Shown here: positions 31,865 to 42,759 of the stretch, one piece after another
Layout of the letters: each line of letters begins with the position of its first letter
How positions within the stretch are numbered: position 1 is the stretch's first letter
DNA from: Naegleria gruberi
Lineage: Eukaryota
Length of the DNA: 64,000 nucleotides
NCBI GenBank assembly: GCA_000004985.1
Contig: GG738867.1
Direction: 5' to 3' (one strand)
Position numbers and translations under genes: made by a program
The notes under the pieces: model-generated
What the model saw: the letters and a program-made list of their open reading frames with translations, nothing else
Told to the model about the DNA's origin: nothing
The model's database searches: none

Positions 31865-34093
31865 TTAATCACTATCACTGGAATCGTCACTACTATCCGA
31901 AGCACTATCGCTAGAGTCATCACTATCTGAATCACTACTATCAGATTGGACCTTAGTTGCCATTTCTTTAAGGTACACCTTTAAATCTTCTGCTAATTGA
32001 GGCAGATCAATAAGCAACCAAAAGTTAATAGCGAATCTAACAACTTTAGGATTATCCTTAGGGAATAATCCAGTAAAGAATGGTTTTTGAGTTTCATTGT
32101 ACAATAATCTGTTCTTGAGGGCTTCCATTCCAAATTTTTGTTGTAACTCTTGGAAAAGAATTTTGAGGAAAATTCTACTGTATGATGTGGTATCGGATTC
32201 TGTTATTTTAACAGCAGAGAAAATGGACCACGAAATGGAATCTGAAACTAATAAATGGCTGAATAGCTTTGCAATATTTCTGAGTCTACTTGTTTCGTAT
32301 CTGTGGAGAATTTGATATTGCAATTGGAAGCATTCTTCAAAATCACGTTTGAAGACATCTTGAAGTTGGCAGAATCTTTCAGCCAAAGAACCAAAGAAAT
32401 CCAAATAGCTTCTCTCCTGACTACAACATTCAATAATCATAGAACAAACTTCCATATCATGTTCCTTAGCAAGACCTGACTTTAACAGTTTGTGGGCTGC
32501 TTCTTCATATCCCAAAGAAGACATAATAGTAAGATAGATCTTTCTCTTGAGATCTGTTGACCCCTCATCAGTTTTAGTCTTTGGATCCAGAAGGGTATTC
32601 TTTTGGCCTTCTGCGTTAATTTGAATTTCTTGAACTCCTCCAAATGCCTCATCACTATGAGCTTGAGGTTCTTCCTCTCCTCCCACTTCTTCTTCTTCTT
32701 CCTCGCCTAGAATCTCTTTTTTAATTTCCTTGTATCTTTCCTCATTTTCTTCAAATTCTTCATCAAATTGGAAAATGTCCAAATTATCCTCTGTGTCAAT
32801 ATCTTTTGAAATTTCGATAGCATCATGAGTGATTCTATCATCATCCTCAACAAGATCCAACTCCTCCGTTATTGATGGATAGTCCTTGAATTCAAGTTTT
32901 CTGATATTAAACAATGATTCTATTTGGTATTGTACACGTCTATCAATTTTTCCTTCATGTAAAATATTTCTGAAAGCTTCAAAAACAGCAGAGAGAATTT
33001 TTGGTGCTACTTCCAAAAGAGTTTTACCACATTCCTTTACAAATGTCACACCTAGTTCTACAGAATCATTTGTTGAATTTTCCAATAGCAAGGAAAGTAA
33101 TTGTCCAGCCAAAATTTCACTTGCAACTTGTTGGTTTACCAAGTGAGCAATAAAGTGACAAGAAGCAATGCACTTTTGCTTGTCATTCCTGCTGAATGAT
33201 TTTACAAATTGGCTTACCAGACGCTTAATTAATAATTCGCCTATTTCTGGAATCCTGGTATTAACGACTGAGATCAGAGCAGAATAAACATTACTAAATT
33301 GGATTGATGCAAGCTGAGCCTTCATAATTGCTCTAACTAATAATCCTTTTCCTCTAATGATATTTTCAGAAAACAGTTCAGGTAACACATCAGCAATATT
33401 AGCAGAGTTGACCTTGTTTACAATACCATTGAGTGTTTTCTTAAGGGCTTCCCAGTTCAATTTTTGAAATTCCTCACTCGATTTGTCGGTATTTTGTTGC
33501 AACTTTCTCAATTTGAATGGAGGAATGTACACATTATCAGTTTTTGGTGTACTCTCCTCTCTTCTATCATTTCTTCTGTCATTGTCATATCTATTGTCAC
33601 GACGTGGTGGTCTATCATCATATCTTCTATCCCTTCTATCATAATTTCTATCGTCTCTTCTATAATCATCCCTCCTATCATCTCTTCTATCATAATTATC
33701 CCTAGAATATCTTCTATCATCTCTTCTATAATCGTCTCTCCTATCATAATTTCTATCATCCTTTCTGTAATCACTTCTATCATCACGTCTATCATATGAT
33801 TTTCTATCCGATCTCCTATCATCATTTAATCTACGTTCATTATGGGTTCTATCCTCATAATCCTTCCTCTTGAGATCATTCTCGGAAGCAGAAGCTTCAA
33901 CAGATTGTTTAATTTCAACCTTCTCCACAACATTATCATTACTATCCACTACATCCTCTTTTGTTTCTGATGATGATGGTGGTGGTGATGATGAAGGAGG
34001 TTGTGCTGTTGTATTTGTATCACCTGATTCTTGATCCAATTGTGAAGGTGATGGCGGAAGAGCATCATTATCACCTGCGGCACTGTTGCTCAT
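31865..34093 (-). CDS. Pre-mRNA splicing factor CWC22 homolog (MIF4G + MA3 domains, RD/RS-like N-terminal tract), 742 aa.
   Basis: A single ORF. The N-terminus carries an RDD/RRD/DRR dipeptide-repeat tract (DRRSDRKSYDRRDDRSDYRKDDRNYDRRDDYRRDDRRY...). A MIF4G region (NWEALKKTLNGIVNKVNSANIADVLPELFSENIIRGKGLLVRAIMKAQ...) and an MA3 region follow, in the same order as CWC22/nucampholin. The C-terminus is acidic and Ser-rich. The ATG at 34091-34093 follows an A-run. Confidence 0.8.
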   Translation of the reverse strand: MSNSAAGDNDALPPSPSQLDQESGDTNTTAQPPSSSPPPSSSETKEDVVDSNDNVVEKVEIKQSVEASASENDLKRKDYEDRTHNERRLNDDRRSDRKSYDRRDDRSDYRKDDRNYDRRDDYRRDDRRYSRDNYDRRDDRRDDYRRDDRNYDRRDRRYDDRPPRRDNRYDNDRRNDRREESTPKTDNVYIPPFKLRKLQQNTDKSSEEFQKLNWEALKKTLNGIVNKVNSANIADVLPELFSENIIRGKGLLVRAIMKAQLASIQFSNVYSALISVVNTRIPEIGELLIKRLVSQFVKSFSRNDKQKCIASCHFIAHLVNQQVASEILAGQLLSLLLENSTNDSVELGVTFVKECGKTLLEVAPKILSAVFEAFRNILHEGKIDRRVQYQIESLFNIRKLEFKDYPSITEELDLVEDDDRITHDAIEISKDIDTEDNLDIFQFDEEFEENEERYKEIKKEILGEEEEEEVGGEEEPQAHSDEAFGGVQEIQINAEGQKNTLLDPKTKTDEGSTDLKRKIYLTIMSSLGYEEAAHKLLKSGLAKEHDMEVCSMIIECCSQERSYLDFFGSLAERFCQLQDVFKRDFEECFQLQYQILHRYETSRLRNIAKLFSHLLVSDSISWSIFSAVKITESDTTSYSRIFLKILFQELQQKFGMEALKNRLLYNETQKPFFTGLFPKDNPKVVRFAINFWLLIDLPQLAEDLKVYLKEMATKVQSDSSDSDSDDSSDSASDSSDDSSDSD
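33530..33830. repeat. Coding low-complexity repeat (the RD/DR/RY dipeptide-repeat tract of CWC22), repetitive at the DNA level.
   Basis: Reiterated tct atc a(t)(c) units on the plus strand encode the Arg-Asp repeats on the minus strand. They generate spurious overlapping ORFs on both strands (33464..33799, 33508..33825, 33517..33705). Confidence 0.6.
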
Positions 34094-34549
34094 TTTTTAT
34101 TCTTAATTGTTTTTCTTATTGAATAATTGAACAAGAAGCAAAAAACAATTTTTCATTCACCATCAGAATTAATAATCATCATCACTACAATACCATTCAT
34201 GAACAATACTATTCTTCATTATCATCGGATATTAAACGGTAATTTCTGAAGATTCATTTATCAATGACCATTGAAATCACTGTCGACAATATTAAGTGAA
34301 AAAAGAATAACGGTGAAAAAAAACATTCAACTCAGTGTTCTCTTGTGTTGAGTTCTCAGAAAACTTTTAACAGCCTTTTTCTTCTTCATCTTTGTTCATC
34401 TTTGGTGGAAATTTTGACGTTTTTATAGTTGTGTGTGCGGAATTTGTGGTTTAATATTTGTTGTTGGACCTCTTTACTCGGATAGATTTAAAAGATAATA
34501 AGAGATTATTATTATTATAATATTGAATTGAATTGATATAGATTGGAAA

Positions 34550-35293
34550 ATGGAGTTTATGGGTGAATTTCATGAAAAGGAATTATACAAATATTGGGAA
34601 AGGAGAATTAAAGCACTTGGAAAACCTGAAATTGTTCTGGAAGATAAGATTAGATTTTACAATAAGGTTATTTCATATATTCATGCTTGGTTTTCAACAT
34701 CAGCAGCAATTTATGCATTAATTAATGAACCAACAACTTGGTATGATGCTGGACATGGTTGGTCAATTTCATATGAAGTTGTTCTTGCTATTAGTGTTGG
34801 ATATTTCATTAATGATTTGATTTTTGGTTTCAGATTTCCAAAAGCATTTCCAGATAATACCAGTATGGTAATTCACCATTTAGTTTGCATTATGGGTATT
34901 TTATATTGTCTCAATTTTAGAATTGGAGTTTTATATTGTGTTACTTTATTAATTACTGAAATTACTACACCATTCTTACAACACCGTTGGTTTTTCACAT
35001 TTTTACATTATGAAGGAACTGTTTGGTTCAAATTGAATGGAGTTTTGTTTTGGTTAATGTTTTTGATTTGTCGTGTTATTTGGTGTTTCATTCAAAATGT
35101 TCACATTTTCTATTTTGCTGATCAATATAACTTTTCACCATACCATCAAAGAGTTCCAATTGTCATTCCATCACTTTTATTCTTATTGAATGTTTTCTGG
35201 TTTATGATTATTACAAAGATTGTCATTAAAATGGCAATTAAATTCTTTACAAAAAAGAGTGAAAAGACCATTAATGAAGAAAAGACCAATTAA
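34550..35293 (+). CDS. TLC-domain (TRAM/LAG1/CLN8-like; TMEM56/TLCD-type) membrane protein, 247 aa.
   Basis: A single ORF with about 6 hydrophobic helices, a conserved HH pair in helix (MVIHHLVCIMGILY), a W/F-rich composition, and a C-terminal KK-rich tail (FTKKSEKTINEEKTN), all as in TLCD proteins. Confidence 0.55.
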   Translation: MEFMGEFHEKELYKYWERRIKALGKPEIVLEDKIRFYNKVISYIHAWFSTSAAIYALINEPTTWYDAGHGWSISYEVVLAISVGYFINDLIFGFRFPKAFPDNTSMVIHHLVCIMGILYCLNFRIGVLYCVTLLITEITTPFLQHRWFFTFLHYEGTVWFKLNGVLFWLMFLICRVIWCFIQNVHIFYFADQYNFSPYHQRVPIVIPSLLFLLNVFWFMIITKIVIKMAIKFFTKKSEKTINEEKTN

Positions 35294-35422
35294 AAGTAAC
35301 TTAATTATTTTCAATAAAAATTAATTTCATTCAAATGAATTCCTATTTCAAAACCTCTGTATTACAATCATTAATAAATACATTGTAATACTTTTTGGTT
35401 ATAATAATTTCTAGAAAAAAAA

Positions 35423-36574
35423 ATGAGTGCATTGCTTGATTTTGTTCGGACATTGGTTTCTGGTGACAAGGTTCGATATCAGGATCAGGTCGGAACAACA
35501 TTTTATGACTTGGATTTAACGTATATTACCAATCGTATTATTGCGATGGGAATACCAGGAGAAGGATTTAGTGCATATTATAGAAATCATGTGGAGACTG
35601 TTGCTCAATTTTTCAAGGAAAAACATGGAGGACACTTTTTGATTATCAACCTATCGGAAATACCCTATGATTATAAATTATTTGAGGAAGGAGAGGGTGC
35701 TGGAAAAGTTATTGAGAAGGGATTTCCAGATCATCACAATCCTCCGGTTGAATTTCTTATTGAAATTTGTGAAGCGATGGATAAATTTCTGAAGGAAAAT
35801 CCTAATAATGTAGTATCTATTCACTGTCTTGCTGGAAGAGGTAGAACAGTAGGTTTTATTGGAATTGTAATTTAATAATTGTATTTCAACACTATTTAGG
35901 GAACTGTTATTGCATGTTATATGACATATAGTGGAATGTTTGAATCAGGGACAGAAGCACTTGATTATTTTGCATCTCAAAGATCAAGTAGAGAACGTGG
36001 TGTTGCTCAACCAAGTCAACGTCGATATGTACAATATGTGAGTGAATTGGTCTCAATGTTTGGTCAAGACACTCTCAATCTTAAAACACTTGTTAGTTCT
36101 TATTTTAAAAGTAGAGGAAAACAACGTTTGAAATCCATGACCATGTATTCTATTCCAAATTTCTCAAAAGGAACCTGTTGTCCAGTTATTGAAATTTACA
36201 CAGCACCAACTCAATTCAATCCAAAAGAATTATTATTTTCCAGTTTAGATAAAAATCCATTGAGAACTTACAAACAAGAAGATAGTGTAATTGATGTAGA
36301 TATTGATACAATTCTGGGAGGAGATGTTTATATTAGAGGATATCATCATAGAGAAGGAAAGAAACCAAAATACATGTTTCGTATTTCATTTCATGTAGGT
36401 ATGATGCCTAATAATGGAATTTTGAGATTAACCAAGATGGAAATTGACGATGCTTTGAAATCCACAAAATTCGACAATGATTTCTTTATGGATTTAACAT
36501 GGGAACGAGTAATTACAGCTGATGATGACTCTTCAGAATTGAATAATGAAAACTTCAATATTATTGAAGAGTAG
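35423..36574 (+). CDS. PTEN-like phosphoinositide 3-phosphatase (phosphatase domain + C2 domain), about 367 aa. Structure: join(35423..35848, 35900..36574).
   Basis: The protein reads YDLDLTYITNRIIAMGIPGEGFSAYYRNHVETVAQFFKEKHGGHFLIINL...FPDHHNPPVEFLIEICEAMDKFLKENPNNVVSIHCLAGRGRT / GTVIACYMTY. The HCxxGxxRTG P-loop is split by a 51-nt phase-0 intron (GTAGGT..TATTTAG). A downstream PTEN-type C2 region (YMFRISFHVGMMPNNGILRL...) follows. The start context is aaaaaaaaATG. Confidence 0.85.
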
Positions 36575-36770
36575 GCATAAAAAATTGTAAAGTGTTAATA
36601 TTACGTAATTAATTGACCTAAATTCCATTTTGATTTGGAAGTTGCTGTTGCAAAAAGCTATTTTAAACCAAATGTTCGTCCCAACTTCTTGAAGATGAAT
36701 TAATTCTATTGAAGTTTACGAAAATCAGGTTGTGGTTTCGTTTCCAATAAAAACAACACACATCAAAAAA

Positions 36771-38548
36771 ATGTCATTTATTAATAATACCGAAACGTCT
36801 GACCATTATTCATCATCAGAGTCATCATCCTCATGTAGTAGTTGTATAATTTCTGCTACAACACCACCATCATGGGATAAATATCCAAGGAAAGTTTTCA
36901 CATCCAAGAAGAAGAAGGATTCAACAACTCTTTCAAAAATTGAAATTTTATTAGAAAAAGGTGAAGGTTTATCTATTAGAAAGTCATCAAAGGCTACCAG
37001 TTCTCCATTTGTTGTACTTTCCATGTGTCACGATGCATTCGTCTCACAAAAACGATTAGAATCGTCAAATGTAAAGAATTCACTCGATCCAATGTGGAAT
37101 GAAGTTTTTGAATTTGAAGTTTCTCCAAGTGTAAAGGAAAAGGGAAAGGTTGAAGAAATTTTATCTATTCAAGTGTGGCACAAGGGTGTTTTTAATAATG
37201 GAGTGGACACTTTCATGTAAGTTTTTTTGTTATTCGAAATATTTCGGATAATTCTAAAATGATGTTGTGAAATAATGATATTAATTTGTAGGGGTGCTGC
37301 CAATGTTCCACTTGTTCATTTGGTAGAGAATCATCTTCATACAATGGTTCTCGATTTAATTGGTGTTGAAAGAGGTAAAATTCATCTTCATATCATTCCA
37401 AGAGGATTTGGATTTAAAACAATTGATGAAAAGAATACCTATGTTTTGAATGGTACTAAACAAAGTGCAGTTTTCCAATTGACTAATTCAGATGTTTTGA
37501 GAATTAAAGAAGCTAGTGCTGGAATGATTAGTGCTGAAGTTTCTGTTGATACAAAGAAGAGATTAAGAAAGATGCAACAATATAAAATTGTTGAAAAATT
37601 ACAAAAGGGTGGTTTTGGCACAGTTTTTAAAGGTATGTTCTTGATTCTTATCAATTATTCAATAATTTGTTGACATTTAAATTTCTCATTATTTCAGTAA
37701 TTGATTTGGAGGACAAGACATCAACTCCTGAAAAACCAAATTACAAAGCCATGAAAAAGGTTAAATGTGATACAGATTATGAAGCCAATCAAGCCATTCA
37801 AGAAGTTTGGTATATCAGAAATTTAAAGAATCAAAACTTGGCCTCCTACGATGACATGTTCTTGGAATTTACAGAAGATGAAAATACTAAAGAGATTGCA
37901 TTCAATGTCTGCTTTGTCATGCCATACTATAAGGATGGAGATTTGGATAATTTGATTTTAAAGAGAAGACAACAACGTAAATTCTTCTCTGTTCATCGAT
38001 CCATTAGTTACATGCTTCAAATGGCTAAGGGTATTGAGTTTTTACATTCCAAGAGAATTATTCACAGAGATTTGAAACACAAGAATGTCTTTTTAACAGA
38101 TAATTACAATACTTGTAAAATTGGTGATTTTGGTTTTTCTAGATCAATTAATGAAAAATCACTTGCTTACACAACACTTGGTACTACGAATTATATGGCT
38201 CCTGAAATTGGTGTCAAGACTAGTGGACAACAAATTAATGGTTATACATTCTCTGCTGATATTTGGAGTTTTGGAGTAATGTGCTATGAATTATTGACAC
38301 TCAATTGTGGTGTTAAAGGTTTTTCACATTATACCAAAGCTTTGGCTAATTTTGAAAAGTATGTGGAAAAGATTAGTGAAGATATGCGTAAGATTTATGC
38401 TAAACAAGATGATGTTGTGCAGTTTGTTTTGGCAATGTTAAAGGTAAACCCAACTGAAAGATTATCAGCTGAGGAATGTGTTGAACAATTAGAAGTTCTT
38501 TTACAAAAGTACGAAGAAACAGCAACACCATCTGTATCTCAACAATAA
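36771..38548 (+). CDS. Ser/Thr protein kinase with an N-terminal C2 domain, about 520 aa. Structure: join(36771..37216, 37292..37632, 37695..38548).
   Basis: The C2-like region reads LSIRKSSKATSSPFVVLSMCHDAFVSQKRLESSNVKNSLDPMWNEVFEFEV. The kinase has a Gly loop KGGFGTVFK / V (split by a 62-nt phase-1 intron, GTATGT..TTTCAG), plus YKAMKKV, HRDLKHKNVFL, IGDFGFS and GTTNYMAPE. The first intron is 75 nt (GTAAGT..TTGTAG, phase 2). ATG 36771 (MSFINNTETS) is the first ATG in the track ORF. Confidence 0.7.
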
Positions 38549-38631
38549 AGCATGTCTAACTTTTAGGAAGATGATTTTGGATAGTTTCGTATCCATTCTA
38601 TTGGACTATTTGAGGATATTTGGTATTTGTT

Positions 38632-41347
38632 TTATTGATTCAGATACCCTTTTTGATGTCTAAGATCAAAGGCTCTCTTCAAGAATGGACGAGAATGATT
38701 ACCCAAAGGTAAGAAGGCAGGATTTGATCTTGCAAAGAAGGAGATTTTTTCCTTCACTCTTTCATGTTCATCAAAGAATTGAATGAGAGAATTGTCATCA
38801 ACATCTTTGGATGAAGTTAACTTGACAAAGCGTTGTTGAAGAATGTAAACTTCGTCCAACACATTGGTTATTGATTTACATTTAGCTGAAACTCCAAAAT
38901 ACTCGTGTTGTGACATGTATGAAAGGAACTCGTAAACGAAAAGTCTGATAGGATCAAGAGATCTAAAGGCAATTTTAGCTAATCCTTCCAAACAGCATGT
39001 TCTTACTTGTGGCGTATTGTACATGGTATTTTGAATAAGTTTCAAAATTATTGATTTCATAGCAGCATTATGAATATCAAATACATCTGGTTGTTGATAA
39101 ATAAGTTTTGGTTCAGAGAGGTTTACAGTTCCAGAATCTTCTGTACTTTCTTTTTCATTGACAGATGGTTCGTCACAAATCTTGTTGGCATATTCACCAA
39201 GGAATGTCAAGATGGCAAATGCAAGCTCTGAAGATTCCTTTGATCCTGTTAAACATTCATCTAAAATACTGAATACCATATTTAAAAATCTAGTAGTCAA
39301 CTCGATTTGTCGCTCATCCTTGGTCTTGGTTGGAATTAATTGTTTGAAAAGAGCAATTAATAAATCAACATCTACTCTTTCAGATAAATATATACAAATG
39401 TAGGAACAAAGGTTGGCAAATTCATCAAAAACAGCTGGTCTGTTCTTTGAGAATTCTAACAAGGTCATCAACAATTCATGAATATGGAAAGGCATCCAAT
39501 TTACATTACTCTTAATTTCCATTTTCAATCTTCTAACAACTTGTGAAACCTTGTCCAACCTCCAAATACATGCCTTGAATGCTTGGAACTTCACGAATGA
39601 ACAATCATGAATTAAAACAGCATCAATCTTTTTGTATAATTTTTGGAAAATAGCATTGGCTTGCTTCATCTCAGGAGTATTTTGTGAGAATGAAGAATAT
39701 GGATCAGCATCCATAATTGCTCTAAACCTTTCAAAGCATCTCATGAGATAATAGGTGGCTCTACATGCAGCATGAATTTGAATTTGAGGTTTTGCCTTGT
39801 TCAAACTAGTACAGATTCTTGTTACAACAAAGTCTAATGTGAGAGATTTTTCTTGGTGGATGTCCTTTTCTAAAAAGAATTTGAAATTCCTCATAGCAAC
39901 CTGTTTGACTGTCTCAAAGAATATCATCAGATCTTCATCATGCAGCAAGTGTTTCAAAGTATCTACGTATTTCTGTTCATAGGCAGCTTCTTCAGTTTCT
40001 GATTCTTCAGAACTAAATACCATAGGTTTGATAACGCTGGCACAAGTTCTAGCAAGGTAAAATCTTGAGAAGGAATCTTCAGCATTCATGGTTGGTAATA
40101 CTTCTGTTTTCTTGTCTTGTTTGAGTTCTTTCAATTTGGAATAAATAATATTCTTGGCAGCTGAAGCCTTCTTCTTGTCATTGTTGGCTTCAAAATGTGG
40201 AATAGATGAACTGAAGGCAAATAAAGTGGAAACTGGATTAATTGGAATTAAACCAGAAATTACTGTCAGAGCATCTCTTGCACAATCAGCTGATTTGTTT
40301 CTAGAGGACATGATGATATTCTCCAAAATACCCTTTGTTAACACAGGATCATTAATATTGTTTTTCACAATTTGAAGACATGTTCTCAGTAAGTAAATCT
40401 TTTCTTCCTTGTCAGTATCTTTGAAGAGCTTTGAAATAAAACCCTTCTTACTTGAAAAACTATTTTCCTTTCCCAAATCCTTGATAACCTTTTGAACCAT
40501 TTCAAAGAGATCTTTCACATGACCAGCAGCATCTTTTCTACTTGGATATGAACTTCTACAAATTCTATCAATTGAACGAATGCAGTAAGCTCTTGTACAA
40601 CTATTTTCAGTAGATTTAAATTCTGATTTCAAAGCAGCAAGTACTTTTTCTCTAACCTCTCTTGGTAAATTAATTTCCGAGAGCATGTAATGTACTAGAG
40701 CAATTATTCTTTTATCTTCCGATCCAATCACTAATTTCATTTACACACAGTCATCATCATCATTTTGGTGATGAAAATTATAAAAACTTACAACTAATAA
40801 GTCTGTTCAATAAAGTGGACATTGTTGATGAAATACGATCACCATCAATAGCCAATGAAACGGAGACGTGATATGGAAGTTTTTCATCAACCATATTCTC
40901 TGTAGCAAAATACAGTGACACTTCATCAAGAACTTTAGAAATCTTTGAAGCATTCAACTTTTTAATATCTTGTGATTCTGACATGTAGAGATCCAATTCC
41001 TTGAGAAAATCCAAGACTTTTCTTTGTAAGAGTTTAGTATGGATCAGGGGAGAAATAATTTTAGTATTATCATTTTCTAAAAGATGTTGTTGGTTACCAC
41101 TCGTCAATTCTACAAACTTTTTCAATTGAACAAAATTTGTATTTTCAGGAATACTAGTTGGTGTTGAAACACTAAATGATTCACCTCTTACTGATGCTAA
41201 ATGTGGTTGTTGTAATTGTGGTGTTCCCATATCCGATGATGCTGTTGGTTGGTGGAAGGCTTGTGGTTGATGATGATGAGTTGAGACTGGTGTGAGCATA
41301 TCATCATCAAAATCCAACAAATTCTCCTCCGTCTTATTGTTGGGCAT
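38632..41347 (-). CDS. Large alpha-helical (ARM/HEAT-like) protein of about 885 aa, function unknown. Exons about 40792..41347 and 38632..40730; intron about 61 nt (GTAAGT..AAATTAG, phase 1).
   Basis: ORFs 40778..41347 (MPNNKTEENLLDFDDD...HHHQPQAFHQPTASS...) and 38632..40740 join in-frame: ...LLNRLIS / L / IGSEDKRIIALVHYMLSEINLP.... The protein is helical throughout and no catalytic motif was recognised. The ATG at 41345-41347 follows an A-run. Confidence 0.45.
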
Positions 41348-41426
41348 GTTTTTTTTGATTTTAAATTTTAAATAAATTTTTAAAAATGAATTGACAATTA
41401 AAAATCACCAATCACTCCAACCTTTA

Positions 41427-42238
41427 TCAAATAATTACTTCTTCATCTTCATCTAACATCATGGAATTTTCAAGCAGTACTACTGAGTGTTGAATGCTGA
41501 TACCAATACGATCCTTTTTCATTGGTGTGAGTTTGTATCGCCCAAAGTAGGGTTGTTTCTTTCTTGTGGTGCTTCTTTCAGGACTTTTAGAATTGTTTGA
41601 ATGTAATTGTTGAGGGGCTTGTGGAATTTCTCTCGGAGGCGTTCTATTCATCATATTATATTACAAATTTGTTGATCACTAACAGTGCTGGTTGTTGGAT
41701 TGGTCTTTTTCAGATATTTGGTAATTTTCAATTGGAATGGTTTTTCAGTCTTCACAGGCTTAATAGCTAACGATGATTCACATGAAGGAGTGGGTGCAAT
41801 TTTAGTCTCTAACTGTTGTGATGATAAAACCTCTTTCATCATGAGCCTTTGTTCCGAAAGCTGACCTTCTAAACAAGCAATATTCTCTTTCAGTTTCATA
41901 TTTTCCCTCTCTACTTTTAATTTCTCAATGGATATTTCCCTTAAAGTTCTTTCCAGACTAGCATTCCGAATGGCAATACTTGAATTATGCTCAGAATAAT
42001 TGGAAAACTTCTTCTTATCTACTTTCGGATTGATAATGAGGTCTTGGTTCAAAAGTTAAAAAGACTTACAATTTTCTTGATCCAACTGAAGAAGAGTAAT
42101 TTCCTTATTCTTCTTTTCAATTATTTCTTCATATTTCCTCACCTTTTCATTCAATTTAACAAGTTGCTTTGAGTCGTTCGTTGGTTCATTTAGAGTTTCG
42201 TTTTTTGATAATTTGCTGGCAATGCTTGTTTGACTCAT
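41427..42238 (-). CDS. Coiled-coil protein locus with anomalies. ORFs 42056..42238 and 41651..42052 are in the same frame but separated by a single TAA, or by a 27-nt GTAAGT..CAAG intron containing it. A third ORF (41427..41654) overlaps by ATGA in another frame.
   Basis: Sequence: MSQTSIASKLSKNETLNEPTNDSKQLVKLNEKVRKYEEIIEKKNKEITLLQLDQEN[CKSF*]LLNQDLIINPKVDKKKF...LKVERENMKLKENIACLEGQLSEQ.... Heptad-like repeats run on both sides of the stop. The downstream 75-aa ORF (MMNRTPPREIPQAPQQ...) starts with an ATG that overlaps the TGA stop. Confidence 0.35.
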
Positions 42239-42759
42239 TTTTTTATGATGAATTTAATATTAAGGAAGCATTGAAGAATGGGGAAGGAGAATGCGTTCCT
42301 TTTCAGAGCACCTTCTTATTGGAAGAATAGTTTCGAAACAGAAGCATTGTCAATTGGAATTTCTAATTATTCTAGTTGACTTGTTCATAACCTTCCATGT
42401 TTATTAATATTCCTCATTAGGTATTACAAAATGACAAAGCAAAGTTTGCATGACTTTCCAAATTTGTAGATAGAGCCAAAGCTTCTTTTAAGTTGTACAA
42501 TTGAAGTTACAGTTGTACTATAAAATTAACAAGAACAAATAAAAAGGCACAACTAGATCAACACACCCATGAAGAATAAACAATCTAACACTCTGAGGTT
42601 TGAATCTCTGAAAACCGAAATGGAAAGAAGCCAAAAAAAGAGGTTAAAGATTGCAACAATACTGAATAGCATTGAATATTCTTCATATGATACACTCGAT
42701 TTAATACTCAAAAAATATGATCCAAAGAGAAAGTAAATTGTAAATAAACACGTATATAA

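Noticed and set aside
33464-33825. Three overlapping 60-110-aa ORFs on both strands (IISS.. and MIEEMIG.. repeats).
   Set aside because: They are artefacts of the DNA-level repeat that encodes the RD-dipeptide tract of CWC22 on the minus strand.
41651-42070. Treating 42043..42069 confidently as a 27-nt intron.
   Set aside because: All other introns in the window are at least 38 nt. The in-frame TAA could equally be a real stop or an error, so it is reported only as an anomaly.
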